Of a DNA stretch of 64,000 nucleotides, positions 48,601-60,447 are shown piece by piece. Made by a program: the position numbers and the translations under genes. The notes beneath the pieces are model-generated. The model saw only the letters and a list, made by a program, of their open reading frames with translations. It searched no databases and was not told the DNA's origin. The first letter of the stretch is position 1. Every line of letters begins with the position of its first letter. Source of the DNA: Balanoglossus misakiensis (taxonomy: Eukaryota > Animalia > Hemichordata); contig CM082579.2 in assembly GCA_040954595.2 (NCBI GenBank), positions 1 through 64,000 on the forward strand, written 5' to 3'.

Positions 48601-51600
48601 TCTAACAAAACAACAGAAAAAAAATTATTCATGATCAATGAACAAAGTGGTGATATATATTATTAAATTGATTCAATGAGTTAAGCTTGAATTTGTTCCA
48701 ACACTATATACACTCTTAAAATATTGACTGCAAACCTTTATGTTTTCTTTATTTGACATCCAAATATCTTCATCAGCCATCATGCAAGTAGTTTATTGGG
48801 TGACTGGGAAACCAAGTCCTTGTCCACTTCTACCAATGGCAACATTCAGATACACAACATCAGCCTGCACTCTTCGACATATTCTAACAAAACAACAGAC
48901 AAAAAATGATTCATGATCAATGAACAAAGTGGTGACATATATTATAAAATTGATTCAATGAGTTAAGTTTGAATTTGTTCCAATACTATATACACTTGTT
49001 GACTGCAAACCTGTACGTTTTCTTCATTTGACATCCATATATCTTCATCTGCCATCATGCAAGTTGTTAATTGGCTGACTGCAAGACCAAGTCCTTGTCC
49101 ACTTCTACCGTTGGCACCATTTAGAAATTAAAGATCATTCTTCATGCTTGAACTTGCTTCATCTGCCATCATGCAAGTACTTTATTGGCTGACTGGAAGA
49201 CCAAGTCCTTGTCCACTTCTACCATTGGCAACATTCAGATACACAACATCAGCCTGCACTCTTCTCCATATTCTAACAAAACAACAGAAAAAAAATTATT
49301 CATGATCAATGAACAAAGTCGTGACATAGTTTATAAAATTGATTCAATGAGTTAAGCTTGGATTTGTTCCAACACTATATACACTCTTAAAATGTTGACT
49401 GCAAACCTTTATGTTTTCTTAATTTGACATCCAAATATCTTCATCAGCCATCATGCAAGTAGTTTATTGGGTGACTGGGAAACCAAGTCCTTGTCCACTT
49501 CTACCAATGGCAACATTCAGATACACAACATCAGCCTGCACTCTTTGTCATATTCTAACAAAATAACAGAAAAAAAATTATTCATGATCAATGAACAAAG
49601 TGGTGACATATATTATTAAATTGATTCAATGAGTTAAGCTTGGATTTGTTCCAACACTATATACACTCTTAAAATGTTGACTGCAAACCTTTATGTTTTC
49701 TTAATTTGACATCCAAATATCTTCATCAGCCATCATGCAAGTAGTTTATTGGGTGACTGGGAAACCAAGTCCTTGTCCACTTCTACCAATGGCAACATTC
49801 AGATACACAACATCAGCCTGCACTCTTCGGCATATTCTAACAAAACAACAGAAAAAAAATTATTCATGATAAATGAACAAAGTGGTAACATATTTTATAA
49901 AATTGATTCAATGAGTTATAAGTTTGAATTTGTTCCAATATACACTTGTTGCCTGCAAACCTGTACGTTTTCTTCATTTGACATCCATATATCTTCATCT
50001 GCCATCATGCAAGTTTTTTATTGGCTGACTGCAAGACCAAGTCCTTGTCCACTTCTACCGTTGGCACCATTTAGAAATTAAACATCATTCTTCATGCTTG
50101 AACTTGCTTCATCTGCCATCATGGAAGTACTTTATTGGCTGACTGGGAAACCAAGTCCTTGTAAACTTCTACCAATGGCAACATTCAGATACACAACATC
50201 AGCCTGCACTCTTCGCCATATTCTAACAAAACAACAGAAAAAAATTATTCATGATCAATGAACAAAGTGGTGACATATTTTATAAAATTGATTCAATGAG
50301 TTAAGTTTTGATTTGTTCCAACACTATATACACTCTTAAAATGTTGACTGCAAACCTTTATGTTTTCTTTATTTGACATCCAAATATCTTCATCTGCCAT
50401 CATGCAAGTAGTTTATTGGGTGACTGGGAACCCATGTCCTTGTCCACTTCTACCAATGGCAACATGCAGATACACAACATCAGCCTGCACTCTTCGCCAT
50501 ATTCTCACAAAACAACAGAAAAAAATTATTCATGATCAATGAACAAAGTGGTGACATATTTTATAAAATTGATTCAATGAGTTAAGTTTTGATTTGTCCC
50601 AACACTATATACACTCTTAAAATGTTGACTGCAAACCTTTATGTTTTCTTTATTTGACATCCAATTATCATCATCTGCCATCATGCAAGTAGTTTATTGG
50701 CTGACTGGAAGACCAAGTCCTTGTCCACTTCTACCAATGGCAACATTCAGATACACAACATCAGCCTGCACTCTTCGCCATATTCTAACAAAACAACAGA
50801 AAAAAATTCTTCATGATCAATGAACAAAGTGGTGATATATTTTATAAAATTGATTCAATGAGTTAAGTTTGGATTTGTTCCAACACTATATACACTCTTA
50901 AAATGTTGACTGCAAACCTGTATGTTTTCTTTATTTGACATCCAAATATCTTCATCTGCCATCATGCAAGTAGTTTATTGGGTGACTGGGAAACCAAATC
51001 TTTGTCCACTTCTACCAATTTCAACATTCAGATACTCAACATCAGCCTGCACTTTTCGCCATATTCTAACAAAACAACAGAAAAAAAATTATTCATGATC
51101 AATGAACAAAGTGGTGACATATTTTATAAAATTGATTCAATGCGTTAAGTTTGGATTTGTTCCAACACTATATACACTCTTAAAATGTTGACTGCATACC
51201 TGTATGTTTTCTTTATTTGACATCCAAATATCTTCATCTGCCATCATGCAAGTATTTTATTGGGTGACTGGGAAACCATGTCCTTGTCCACTTCTACCAA
51301 TGGCAACATTCAGATACACAACATCAGCCTGTACTCTTCGCCATATTCTAACAAAACAACAGAAAAAAAATTATTCATGATCAATGAACAAAATGGTGAC
51401 ATATTTTATAAAATTGATTCAATGAGTTAAGTTTGGATTTGTTCCAACACTATATACACTCTTAAAATGTTGACTGCAAACCTGTATTTTTTCTTAATTT
51501 GACATCCAAATATCTTCATCTGCTATCATACAGAGTTTATTAGGTGAAAGCAAGACCAAGTCTTTGTCCACTTCTACCAATGGCAACATTCAGATACACA

Positions 51601-52010
51601 ACATCAGCCTGCACTCTTTGGCATATTCTAACAAAACAATAGAAAAAAAATTATTCATGATCAATGAACGAAGTGGTGACATATTTTATAAAATTGATTC
51701 AATGAGTCAAGTTTGAATTTGTTCCAATATACACTTGTTGCCTGCAAACCTGTACGTTTTCTTCATTTGACATCCATATATCTTCATCTGCCATCATGCA
51801 AGTTGTTTATTGGCTGACTGCAAGACCAGGTCCTTGTCAACTTCTACCGTTGGCACACTTCAGAAATTATACATCAGTCTTCATGCTTGCTTGAACTTGC
51901 TTCATCTGCCATCATGCAAGTACTTTATTGGCTGGCTGGAAAATCAAGTCCTTGTCCACTTCTACCATTGGCATCATTTGGAATTTTGTCATCATCCTTC
52001 CTGCTTAACT
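42578..52010 (+). repeat. ~282-bp AT-rich tandem satellite, ~31-32 monomers, five carrying a ~113-bp internal duplication
   Basis: The GTTCCAA(C/T)ACTATATAC motif recurs at 43131, 43414, 43701, 43982, 44260, 44655 and onward. The outermost monomers are the most diverged. The extra TTGGCAC...AGAAATTA subunit appears at ~44401, 47876, 49111, 50061 and 51850. Confidence 0.95.
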
Positions 52011-52024
52011 TAAAGCAATTATAC

Positions 52025-52352
52025 TTCAATTGTTAGTTTCTGTTATATTATAGCACACTAGTAAACAATTACCAAAAATTTGCTAAACTTATCTACCATC
52101 ACGGTTGGAAAGCTTCTGAACTATTGTAGACATTGGGAGAACTTCATGACAAGATAAAATTCGGACAAGGATACATTAGGGATTCACATACACATACATT
52201 ACATAGATGCATACATTACATACATGCATACATACATTACATACATTACATACATTACATACATTGCATACATACATACATACATACATACATACATACA
52301 TACATACATACATACATTACATACATTACATACATTACATACATTACATACA

Positions 52353-52383
<31 letters not shown>

Positions 52384-52558
52384 CATACATACATACATAC
52401 ATACATACATACATACATACATACATACATACATACATACATACATACATACATACATACATACATACATACATACATACATGCATACATACATACATAC
52501 ATACATACATACATACATACATACATACATACATACATACATACATACATACATACAT
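52025..52558 (+). repeat. Left arm of an imperfect inverted repeat, including a (TACA)n/(TACAT) microsatellite at ~52187-52558
   Basis: CATTGGGAGAACTTCATGACAAGA (52131-52154) is the reverse complement of TCTTGTCATGAAGTTTTCCCAATG (~53220-53243). Similarity extends on both sides. Confidence 0.85.
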
Positions 52559-53669
52559 AGAGAACAATTCTGTACCCTAAAATTTGAAATGAGTAATTTT
52601 CCTGACCTTCACTTTCAGGTTTTGGGAAATACAGCTAATTTAAATTGAATTAGAATACAATACTTAATTTCATCTGTATACTTCTAACTGGCTCATTATG
52701 AAAAATAGAAATAGTCACAAGAATAAAAGTTTCTCATAGCCTGCTTATACCACTCCAGCCAAAGTATTAGTTGTTATAGTTAGTTAATGGTGTGTTAGTA
52801 CGTTAATATTGAAGTTAGAAAAAAATGGCTGAAATGGCACAAACAGTTTTCTAGATTGAATCAATTTGATTTGACTGCACAATTCACTAAACAAAATTTC
52901 CTCAATGCATACATGTAATTTTTAGAATTACTGAATCATATGGACATTTAGGCTACAGTTAAATAAGCATAGTTGAGTTAAATGGTTACAGACTTGTTCT
53001 CTCTGTAATATTGTTTTAACACACATTAAACACACATGTTCATGTATGTATGTATGTATGTATGTATGTATGTATGTATGTATGTATGTATGTATGTATG
53101 TATGTATGTATGTATGTATGTATGTATGTATGTATGTATGTATGTATGTATGTATGTATGTATGTATGTATGTACATGTATGTGTATGAGAATTTATACT
53201 GTGTCCTAATCTGAATCCTTCTTGTCATGAAGTTTTCCCAATGGCTGCAACAATTGTGTAGCTCCTCAACTGTAATAGTAGACAAGTGTGCTAATTAACA
53301 TAATTGAAAATCTGCACAAGTAACCAGTGTGATCAAGGGAACGCATACGGAAACTCAATGTCAATGCCATAATCTTCACTGGATCAACAGATTAAGGAGC
53401 AAAATTCACTCATTTTGGACCGTTTAGAGATTGATTTTGTATGACAGGAAATGATGGTTACAAATCAACATCAATTTTTAACACAAAGATAACACGAGTA
53501 ATCAATGTATACTTGAAATCGTTGAAAGGTCAAAAAGCGATTTTGTCGCTTTAAGAGAAAACTGGACAGAACGCAATCCCTTCATTCTCATTATAAACTC
53601 TTCAAATGCTGACTAAAAACCTGTGTCTTCTCTTCATTTGGCATCCAGATATCTTCATCTGCGATCATG
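52551..53669 (+). repeat. Copy B of the duplicated module, ending in a truncated 282-bp satellite monomer
   Basis: Collinear with 41809-42660 but carries two extra segments (~52968-53195 and ~53230-53320). It ends GATATCTTCATCTGCGATCATG, like the satellite monomer. Confidence 0.87.
53042..53188 (+). repeat. (TATG)n microsatellite, the inner part of the right inverted-repeat arm (arm extends to ~53310)
   Basis: Direct reading; it is the complement of the (TACA)n tract. Confidence 0.95.
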
Positions 53670-56288
53670 GACCCTACATGGTCTATGATAAAACACACTC
53701 AAATTGAATACGAATCTATAAAAACATGCATTAGTAGAATTGAAGAGTGAAGTTCTTTTTTTTTCACTGCAATGCCATGGAAACTAAAATGCATGCAGTC
53801 GCGAATAAACATGTGTGATTGACATCGTGAAATGCAACACACCAGCTCGGCTACATTCATGCACAATCTGGCAAACAGACAAACACACGTACGCATAAAA
53901 TGGTTGCGGTTTCATGACTTTGATAAACATTACACCATTTGTTTGAACATGAAGGTTTGCAGCCAAGAATCGTGCTACTAATGCGACAAATAATTGTAGA
54001 ATGGAAATTGTACAGAAATAACGATGCAATTAGTGAAATATACGAACGCGAAAAATGAATCGCGTAACAGTCGCCTCTTTTGATATCGCGAAAAAATCCT
54101 GAGTGTTTACAGTATATACGGCAAAATTCTGTGTTAAATAGTTGACCAAGTTTAACGTACAACAAAAAAGTATTATCGTACTTAAAGTACGAATATTAAA
54201 CAGCACCCTCTATCGGTTGGATATTTAGAACTATATATGCAATATTATAGTATGAACAGCATTTTGTGGTTTTACAGGAAAACAGGTGTGGGGACCCCCG
54301 TTTTTAAATGCATGTTACAGAACCTCCCTTCTTGATTACATATCACTTGTTATTAAAATTTAGATATTATATGGCATCTTTGAACTACAAAATGATCTTT
54401 TTGAAAATAATTACGGTGACGAAATTGTGAAGTTAGGAAGATATTTTTTTTCATGCAGCTTTTCATGAACGTTTTTTGATAACAGATAGAAAGCACAGAG
54501 TAGATAAAACAAAATGATTTGCTTGTTGTGTGACAGTAACGAAAATGAAGATGAACATCATTTCCTATTGTGTTGTACTTTGTTCCAGTCACAGACTAAA
54601 ATATATTCTTACGATGTATTTTAACCCACCGACTAACAGAAAGATTTTTTCCTTATGAATTCAAACGATGGTACCTTTCTACAGTGTTCAGCAGCATTGC
54701 TTTTTCATGCTATCATGGGAGTGAGAAAAGACAGATGATTTTCAATTATGAAATAAGTTTAAGTATTCCCGTCCGTTTTAAGTTTTAAAGAAAATGTAAA
54801 GAATTTTGGGCCGGAGGCCATGAAATACGGAAATAAACAGCACTACTTATCCAATTGGTCCGACATTAAGGGATTGATTGGGGTGCATAAATATGAGCCA
54901 ACACACAATGTGTCGAGAGAAATTCGTTGCGTCCAGAATATTAAAATATCAATTTACTCAAAGTGTGAACGTGTTGGCAAAATATTGTTGGCAACGTACT
55001 TGTTTATGAAACGTGAAAGAGCCTGTGCTAAACTAGGTCAAACTCCTGGCAAAAATTGAACACGTGCATAGAAGTACTTCTAAAGTATCGGTGTTTAAAT
55101 TGAGTTCCATTATGATACGTTACAAGTTGTACTCCGTGAAAAATAGACGATCGATTGCCGCTAAATATTACCCCCAATAATACAGAGTAATATCGGGAGA
55201 TGACAGAAATATTGTTACCCGAAACTATTACCAGCGCAGAGTACAGACTAAATAAATGTATAACAATGCGATATTACACGCAAGATATACTACCGCGCAA
55301 TACCACGTTTGATCAGAATGAAATGACAATGACCACTAAAATAAACGGACTATGTCACAACTATAATACAACTCGCAATGATATTGAGTAATACAGCATG
55401 ACAATTAATACGATTGATATCAATAATACAATAGTCGGAGTGTATTACAATAATAATAGAACCCGCAATAGAGTAATATAATGGGACACCTAAATATTAT
55501 TGACAAGCAGATCAACAATAATGCCGGTCGGAAAAGCCAAATGCAGTTCTGCACGGTGTTTTGAAACCACAACTAGCAAGTTTTTGAAATTATTGTAGGC
55601 GGATTTTGTTACACGAAAAAATGCAGTAATAAACTGGCTAGAAAATGTGCGCAAAAATCCGACACAGAAACACTCACGGAAATCTCCCCTAACATTATTC
55701 ATTGAACTTGCCCCCAGCATTCCGAACTTCAATAAATATTACACATTTTACACTTGGAGATTCGCTCGTATTTTTCGCTCGACGACAAAAACAGTTCCTT
55801 GGCTCTCATCAGAAAAAAACTAGTGAATAGACGATTTATTTTGTGCAAGTGTTGAAAACTGAACGCAATTGGGCCGGGCGTCCACGCCACGTTTCAAACG
55901 AAAAAAGCCACGTCGCTTCTTGGAACAATAGCGAGTACTCCGACTACTCTCTCGAAAACTAGGCTAGAATTACTAACGAAGGTCTTCACCTTTTCCTCAC
56001 TAGGGTCGAAAGTCGGAGCGCTAATTTTAGTAAATACCGGCTACTTACCTAGTAGATACTATGTTCTTTATCTTGGTTTCCGGGCTGTAGAGATTCCTGT
56101 AGCTTGTCAGACAAAATCCTCTTGTTCTGCAGGTTGTTGCTCTCTTGATAGTCCGGGTCGCTCTGCGCGATTTGCGTTTAAAACGTGGATGAGCTCGTAG
56201 CACAGGTGCATTGTATTTTCCATGATCCTGCGTCTCACCTGTGCAGCGGGATCGGATGCCACCAACGGCCAGAAGCCCACAAATTATT

Positions 56289-57395
56289 ATAGCTCATGAT
56301 TTTTTCAAAAAATGACAGTTTTCCGACTTTGCGAATTTTGGTCATTTTGTCGTTTCTGGACATTTTTCATGGGTGATAGCTCATGATTTTTATCAAAAAA
56401 TGACAGTTTTCCGACATTGCGAATTTTGGTCATTTTTGTCAGGAAGAGCGTGGTTCTTAGGACCAAAAAATGTCCATGACCACCACGGTCAGAAAGAGCA
56501 TGGTTCTTAGGGACCGTTCAGTTTTTACGGCGGCAAAATCCAGGGGGGGGGGGGGGTCACTTAAATTTTGAAGTCCAAAACGGGGGGGGGGGGTATCTGT
56601 TTTTTTTTTAAACGTTTAGGGGGGGTCACATACTTTTGCCACCGAACTTTTGCTTTTGAGTCCACAAAATTGCAGTTTCGCTAGTGTACCAAGGCAGTGT
56701 GCTTGCCACCGCAACCCCACCGATGATAATATTTGTTTAACAAAGTAAATACATAAAGGACAATAATCGTTTAAACCATTTCGCATAACTGATAGTTTCG
56801 CGCTGCATCTTCTATATACTAGAAGTTTTATAAATGATGTCATGACGAAGATAACGCCAAATCTTCTAACTTTGAGTGGAGTGGCAAAAAGTAAAATTGG
56901 TCCTCCCAAACATTGAGATAATTTGCTTTTTTGCTGTTCATTAAAATGCAACTTTGCGCTACATATTTTACATTTTCTTGTGTGGGAGGGGGTGTCCCCA
57001 CACCCACCGCCCTCCATTCTTCGCCACATTTCATTTATTCGCTGGTTTGCCTAGTGTACCAAGGTGTGAGGAACCTCATTCCCTTTATTGCATACAGTGA
57101 ACATAGGATCAGGACGGCGAATGTTTTCGGCGTGGGTCATCATATTTTTGGATCTGTCAAAGCGGAGGGGTCATCATTTTTTGCTCCTGGGTGAAGGGGG
57201 GTCGGCCTAATTTTGAAAACCGATGACACAAACTTGCCAACCCCCCCCCCCCCCTCGGCCGTAAAAACTGAACGGTCCCTTAGGACCAAAAAATGTCCAT
57301 GACCACCACGGTTAGGAAGAGCGTGGTTCTTAGAGCCAAAAAATGTCCGTGACCACCACGGTCAGCAAGAGCTTACCGACTTTGCGAATTTCAGT
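56289..57395 (+). repeat. Small tandem-repeat cluster (63-bp direct repeats and a ~51-bp minisatellite) interrupted by a MITE
   Basis: ATAGCTCATGATTTT...GGTCATTTTGTC at 56289 and 56376, with a partial copy at ~57376. AGGAAGAGCGTGGTTCTTAGGACCAAAAAATGTCCATGACCACCACGGTC units flank the insertion. Confidence 0.8.
56510..57279. mobile_element. PIF/Harbinger-type (Tourist-like) non-autonomous MITE, 770 bp
   Basis: Perfect 22-bp TIRs GGGACCGTTCAGTTTTTACGGC / GCCGTAAAAACTGAACGGTCCC. TTA target-site duplication at 56507-56509 and 57280-57282. The empty site GGTTCTTAGGACC is visible in the neighbouring repeat unit. No transposase ORF. Confidence 0.88.
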
Positions 57396-58479
57396 CATTT
57401 TGTCGTTTCTTTTATGGGAGTTGGTCAGATGTAGTGTAAGGCGACAGCATAAGAATACTGTATTGTGAAGTAAAAGATGTCACCGTACCCTACATCTGAT
57501 TATTTTAATCAGATTGATGTAAACAGTACTAAAACACAGATGTTCACGCTTATATTTTTATTTACAATCTTAATCTGTTTGTGGTTTTGTAATAGTGCAA
57601 ATAGTAAGTCTATTCATGGAAATCTGCACTGTATAATGCAAAGATGTAGAATGTCAGCAATTGTCCTGTATATAAATTTTAGCATCTTTTAGTATATGCT
57701 AATTTACATTGTAATAATGCTTGCACTATGAAGAAGCAGCATGTTTTAAAACTTGCAGAGGTATGTTGATGGAAATTCAGTTCGTAAGATTACAGTTGAG
57801 ACATATCATTTGTGGTCAAAGAAAACCAGTTTATTTGATCTATTTTATCAAGATTGTACACATAATTTCATGGAGAATTGTGACCCCCTACATGATGATG
57901 TATTTTTATTTTTGAAATTTAATATCTCAGTATTGAAAAGAATCAGTTATTTGTGGTGTTTTATAGTAGTTTGAAGTTTGAACGCAAACTATTTATTGTT
58001 GGCCAATATGTTGAGGGTATGGATGTATCCATGGGCAGGAAATTAAGGTGAATTGTCATGTATGTGAACACATTTTGTTTTGATTGCATCTGAATGTGTC
58101 TTTTTGAAAGACTGATCTTGCAATTGGTTCTACCCCCGCAATAAAAATAGATTCTTCCAGTTTAGCCACCAACATTCCACTAAACATCTCCCCTCCATAT
58201 AAATGAACTAAATCTTTAATCAGTTTGAACTTCGTCCTGTGAATTTTAAGATTGAGTAGAGTAACATTTCAAGGCAAATCATAGGTTGCTGATCAACATA
58301 CATGGTACATACAGAAACATGAGTATGTCATTTACTATATCTTCATAAAGATTTATTTACCTAAAATGTGTTTAATGTGTTCCATAGGGTGTAAAACAAT
58401 CTTGCACAAAAAAAAAACAAGCTAACAAATGGGCAACCCATAAAGGAAGCTTAAATCGCAAGCTTAGGAGGTCCCATGT

Positions 58480-58617
58480 TCAGTTTTAGGTATCTTAGGG
58501 GGTTCAAATCTGACTGTGCATGGTATCATTTTAAAGCGGAAAAAATGGAAATTCATATATAAAAATCTCAAAATCGAAAATTTTGACCATTAGGTACCTT
58601 TTCCCGTGACGCGACTC
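58480..58617. mobile_element. Possible terminal fragment of a DNA transposon (Sola2-like end TTTTCCCGTGACGCGACTC)
   Basis: The end motif resembles GAG-starting TIRs seen in invertebrate repeats (recollection only). No partner TIR was found. Confidence 0.25.
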
Positions 58618-58643
58618 AATTATCTAAACTTTGATGGACACAC

Positions 58644-59036
58644 ATTATAGAAATAATGGACGACGCCCTGACCATAAACGTTTGTTTATGGGCAAGGGTG
58701 AGAGGAAAGCCAAAAATTCATGGGCGAGGCTCCTGAGCCCATGAATTTTGGCTTTCCTCGAGCCCGCGCCTATAAACAAACGTTTATGGTCAGGGCGGAG
58801 TCGCTTATTTCCATTATATTACCAACAAACTCAAGAAAACCGTCAAAATTTACGAAAATGTCCCACCAGGGGCCCGGAACTAGTGTTACGCAAAATGTTG
58901 TATTCACTGAACTGTTTGTTAATATTAATATTCAGATTTACGGGCATGTAAACAAACTATTACTGAGTATTTGTGGTCAGTGACGTCGTTCATCTCGACC
59001 AATGAAAATGCGACTCACAGACCATGGTAATATAAT
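58644..59036. mobile_element. Palindrome-containing non-autonomous repeat element (~160-bp hairpin at 58650-58811)
   Basis: GCCCTGACCATAAACGTTTGTTTAT pairs with ATAAACAAACGTTTATGGTCAGGGC, and AGGAAAGCCAAAAATTCATGGGC pairs with GCCCATGAATTTTGGCTTTCCT. Ends are ATTATA/TATAAT. The family assignment and the element boundaries are inferred. Confidence 0.55.
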
Positions 59037-60234
59037 TTCATTTTATTACTTCGTCTGGATCAGTAAAATGTCTTTGAGAGGCTTGTGTGTGTACCTGTAT
59101 GTCAAACTTCAAAGAATCTTTTGGAGGGAGGGAGTTTGAGGTCAAACACAATTAGTCACATTTATCTTGTGCGCAGTTCAATGTTTAAAGCCGTTAGATT
59201 GTCTACTGTTTCAAAAAAAATGTCAAACCTTTCAGGTCTCTTAATTTTCAACCATTTTACCAAAATGTGGTTGCAGTTACTCATACAAGTCATTCAGGTG
59301 AAGACAAGAATGTTTTTGGCACCATTTTCAAGATATCACAATAAACCTTCCAAACTTTTGGAAAATGACATGGTGGATATTTCACATATAAAGAACCCTG
59401 TCTACTTGTACAGATATTAGTGTTGACCAGGTGTAGCTCACGCATTAAATCATGAAATTTGGTGCATATCTGTAGGAGCCGAGATAAAACTGTTCATATT
59501 AGGATACATGTGATGTCACTGGCAAATGATGCAAAAACCTACATCTGTTTGTTCTGGATTTTGCTATATTCATTACCAATCAATGAATATCAACAAACAT
59601 TTAGCATTTCCATTAATTATTAAATTCTCCTAAGCAACTTTTGGCTAGTATCAATTTAATTCCTTCAGTATTGTCAAAAAAGGTTAGCTTTGAAAAATAA
59701 TCATGGGAGATTCCTACTTGTTGTTCTCATATGTCTTGAGCAAATCAAATGTCTTGACTGAATCTTTTGGGTGTTGGCTGGTTCACTAACCATTTAATCT
59801 TGCAACAGGTTACGCATATGCATGGACAGATACTTGTGCACACATGCCACATTCACTAGTAAAACAATTCACTGGTCTCTACACAACACAAAACACTGAC
59901 AGGCTTAGTGGGGAGGGAAATGTAACTGCACTGCACTACAAGAAACATTTGATATGGGACAAAACCTTTAAAATCATTGATCAAGCTCACTCCTTTTGGT
60001 CCCCTGATCTTGGAGTATACTGATCAATTTCTTCCCAAAAGTTGTCTGAAAAGAAACAAACTCTGATATCAATATGGTGGGTTATAAATACAGTGAGATG
60101 ACTGTAACTTGGGAATCAAAGATTCAATTCAATTGTACCTCTGTGGTAGTTGTCTGACTTTCAACAAGACATTCCTATGTGACAAACTTGGCAGGAATAC
60201 AAATGAAAAGAATTCAGCAAGTTTTACAGGAATT

Positions 60235-60447
60235 CTAACTGATTTCTTCACCACCATGATAGTCTTGGTTTGATGTGTCTTCTGTTGATGTAGATTCATG
60301 TTTTGGCGGCCTGGCACACTTCTGTGCCAGTTCTTCGTATGATTTACCATGAAGGAAACACACTAAAACTACGGTCATGTTGTCACAGCCAAGTCCCCCC
60401 ATCTGACAATCAGGTGCAAGACACCGTGTCATTAACTCTTCACAAAT
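60235..60447 (-). CDS. PP2C last coding exon [25 protein letters not shown]...GEEIS*
   Basis: tttcag acceptor, DNMT motif, TAG stop at 60235-60237. An alternative 3' exon is possible. Confidence 0.88.
   Translation of the reverse strand: MCEELMTRCLAPDCQMGGLGCDNMTVVLVCFLHGKSYEELAQKCARPPKHESTSTEDTSNQDYHGGEEIS

Noticed and set aside
43164-52013. Repeated 60-110 aa ORFs (MQTCMFSLFDIQISSS...)
   Set aside because: They are satellite monomers; frames break inconsistently between copies and there is no recognisable domain.
52133-53285. TYIH/MYVC repeat ORFs
   Set aside because: They are microsatellite translations.
53699-59420. Short AT-rich ORFs and an isolated GTAAGT donor near 56043-56048 (minus strand)
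   Set aside because: No recognisable motifs, and the candidate exon frames contain stops. A non-coding exon cannot be excluded.
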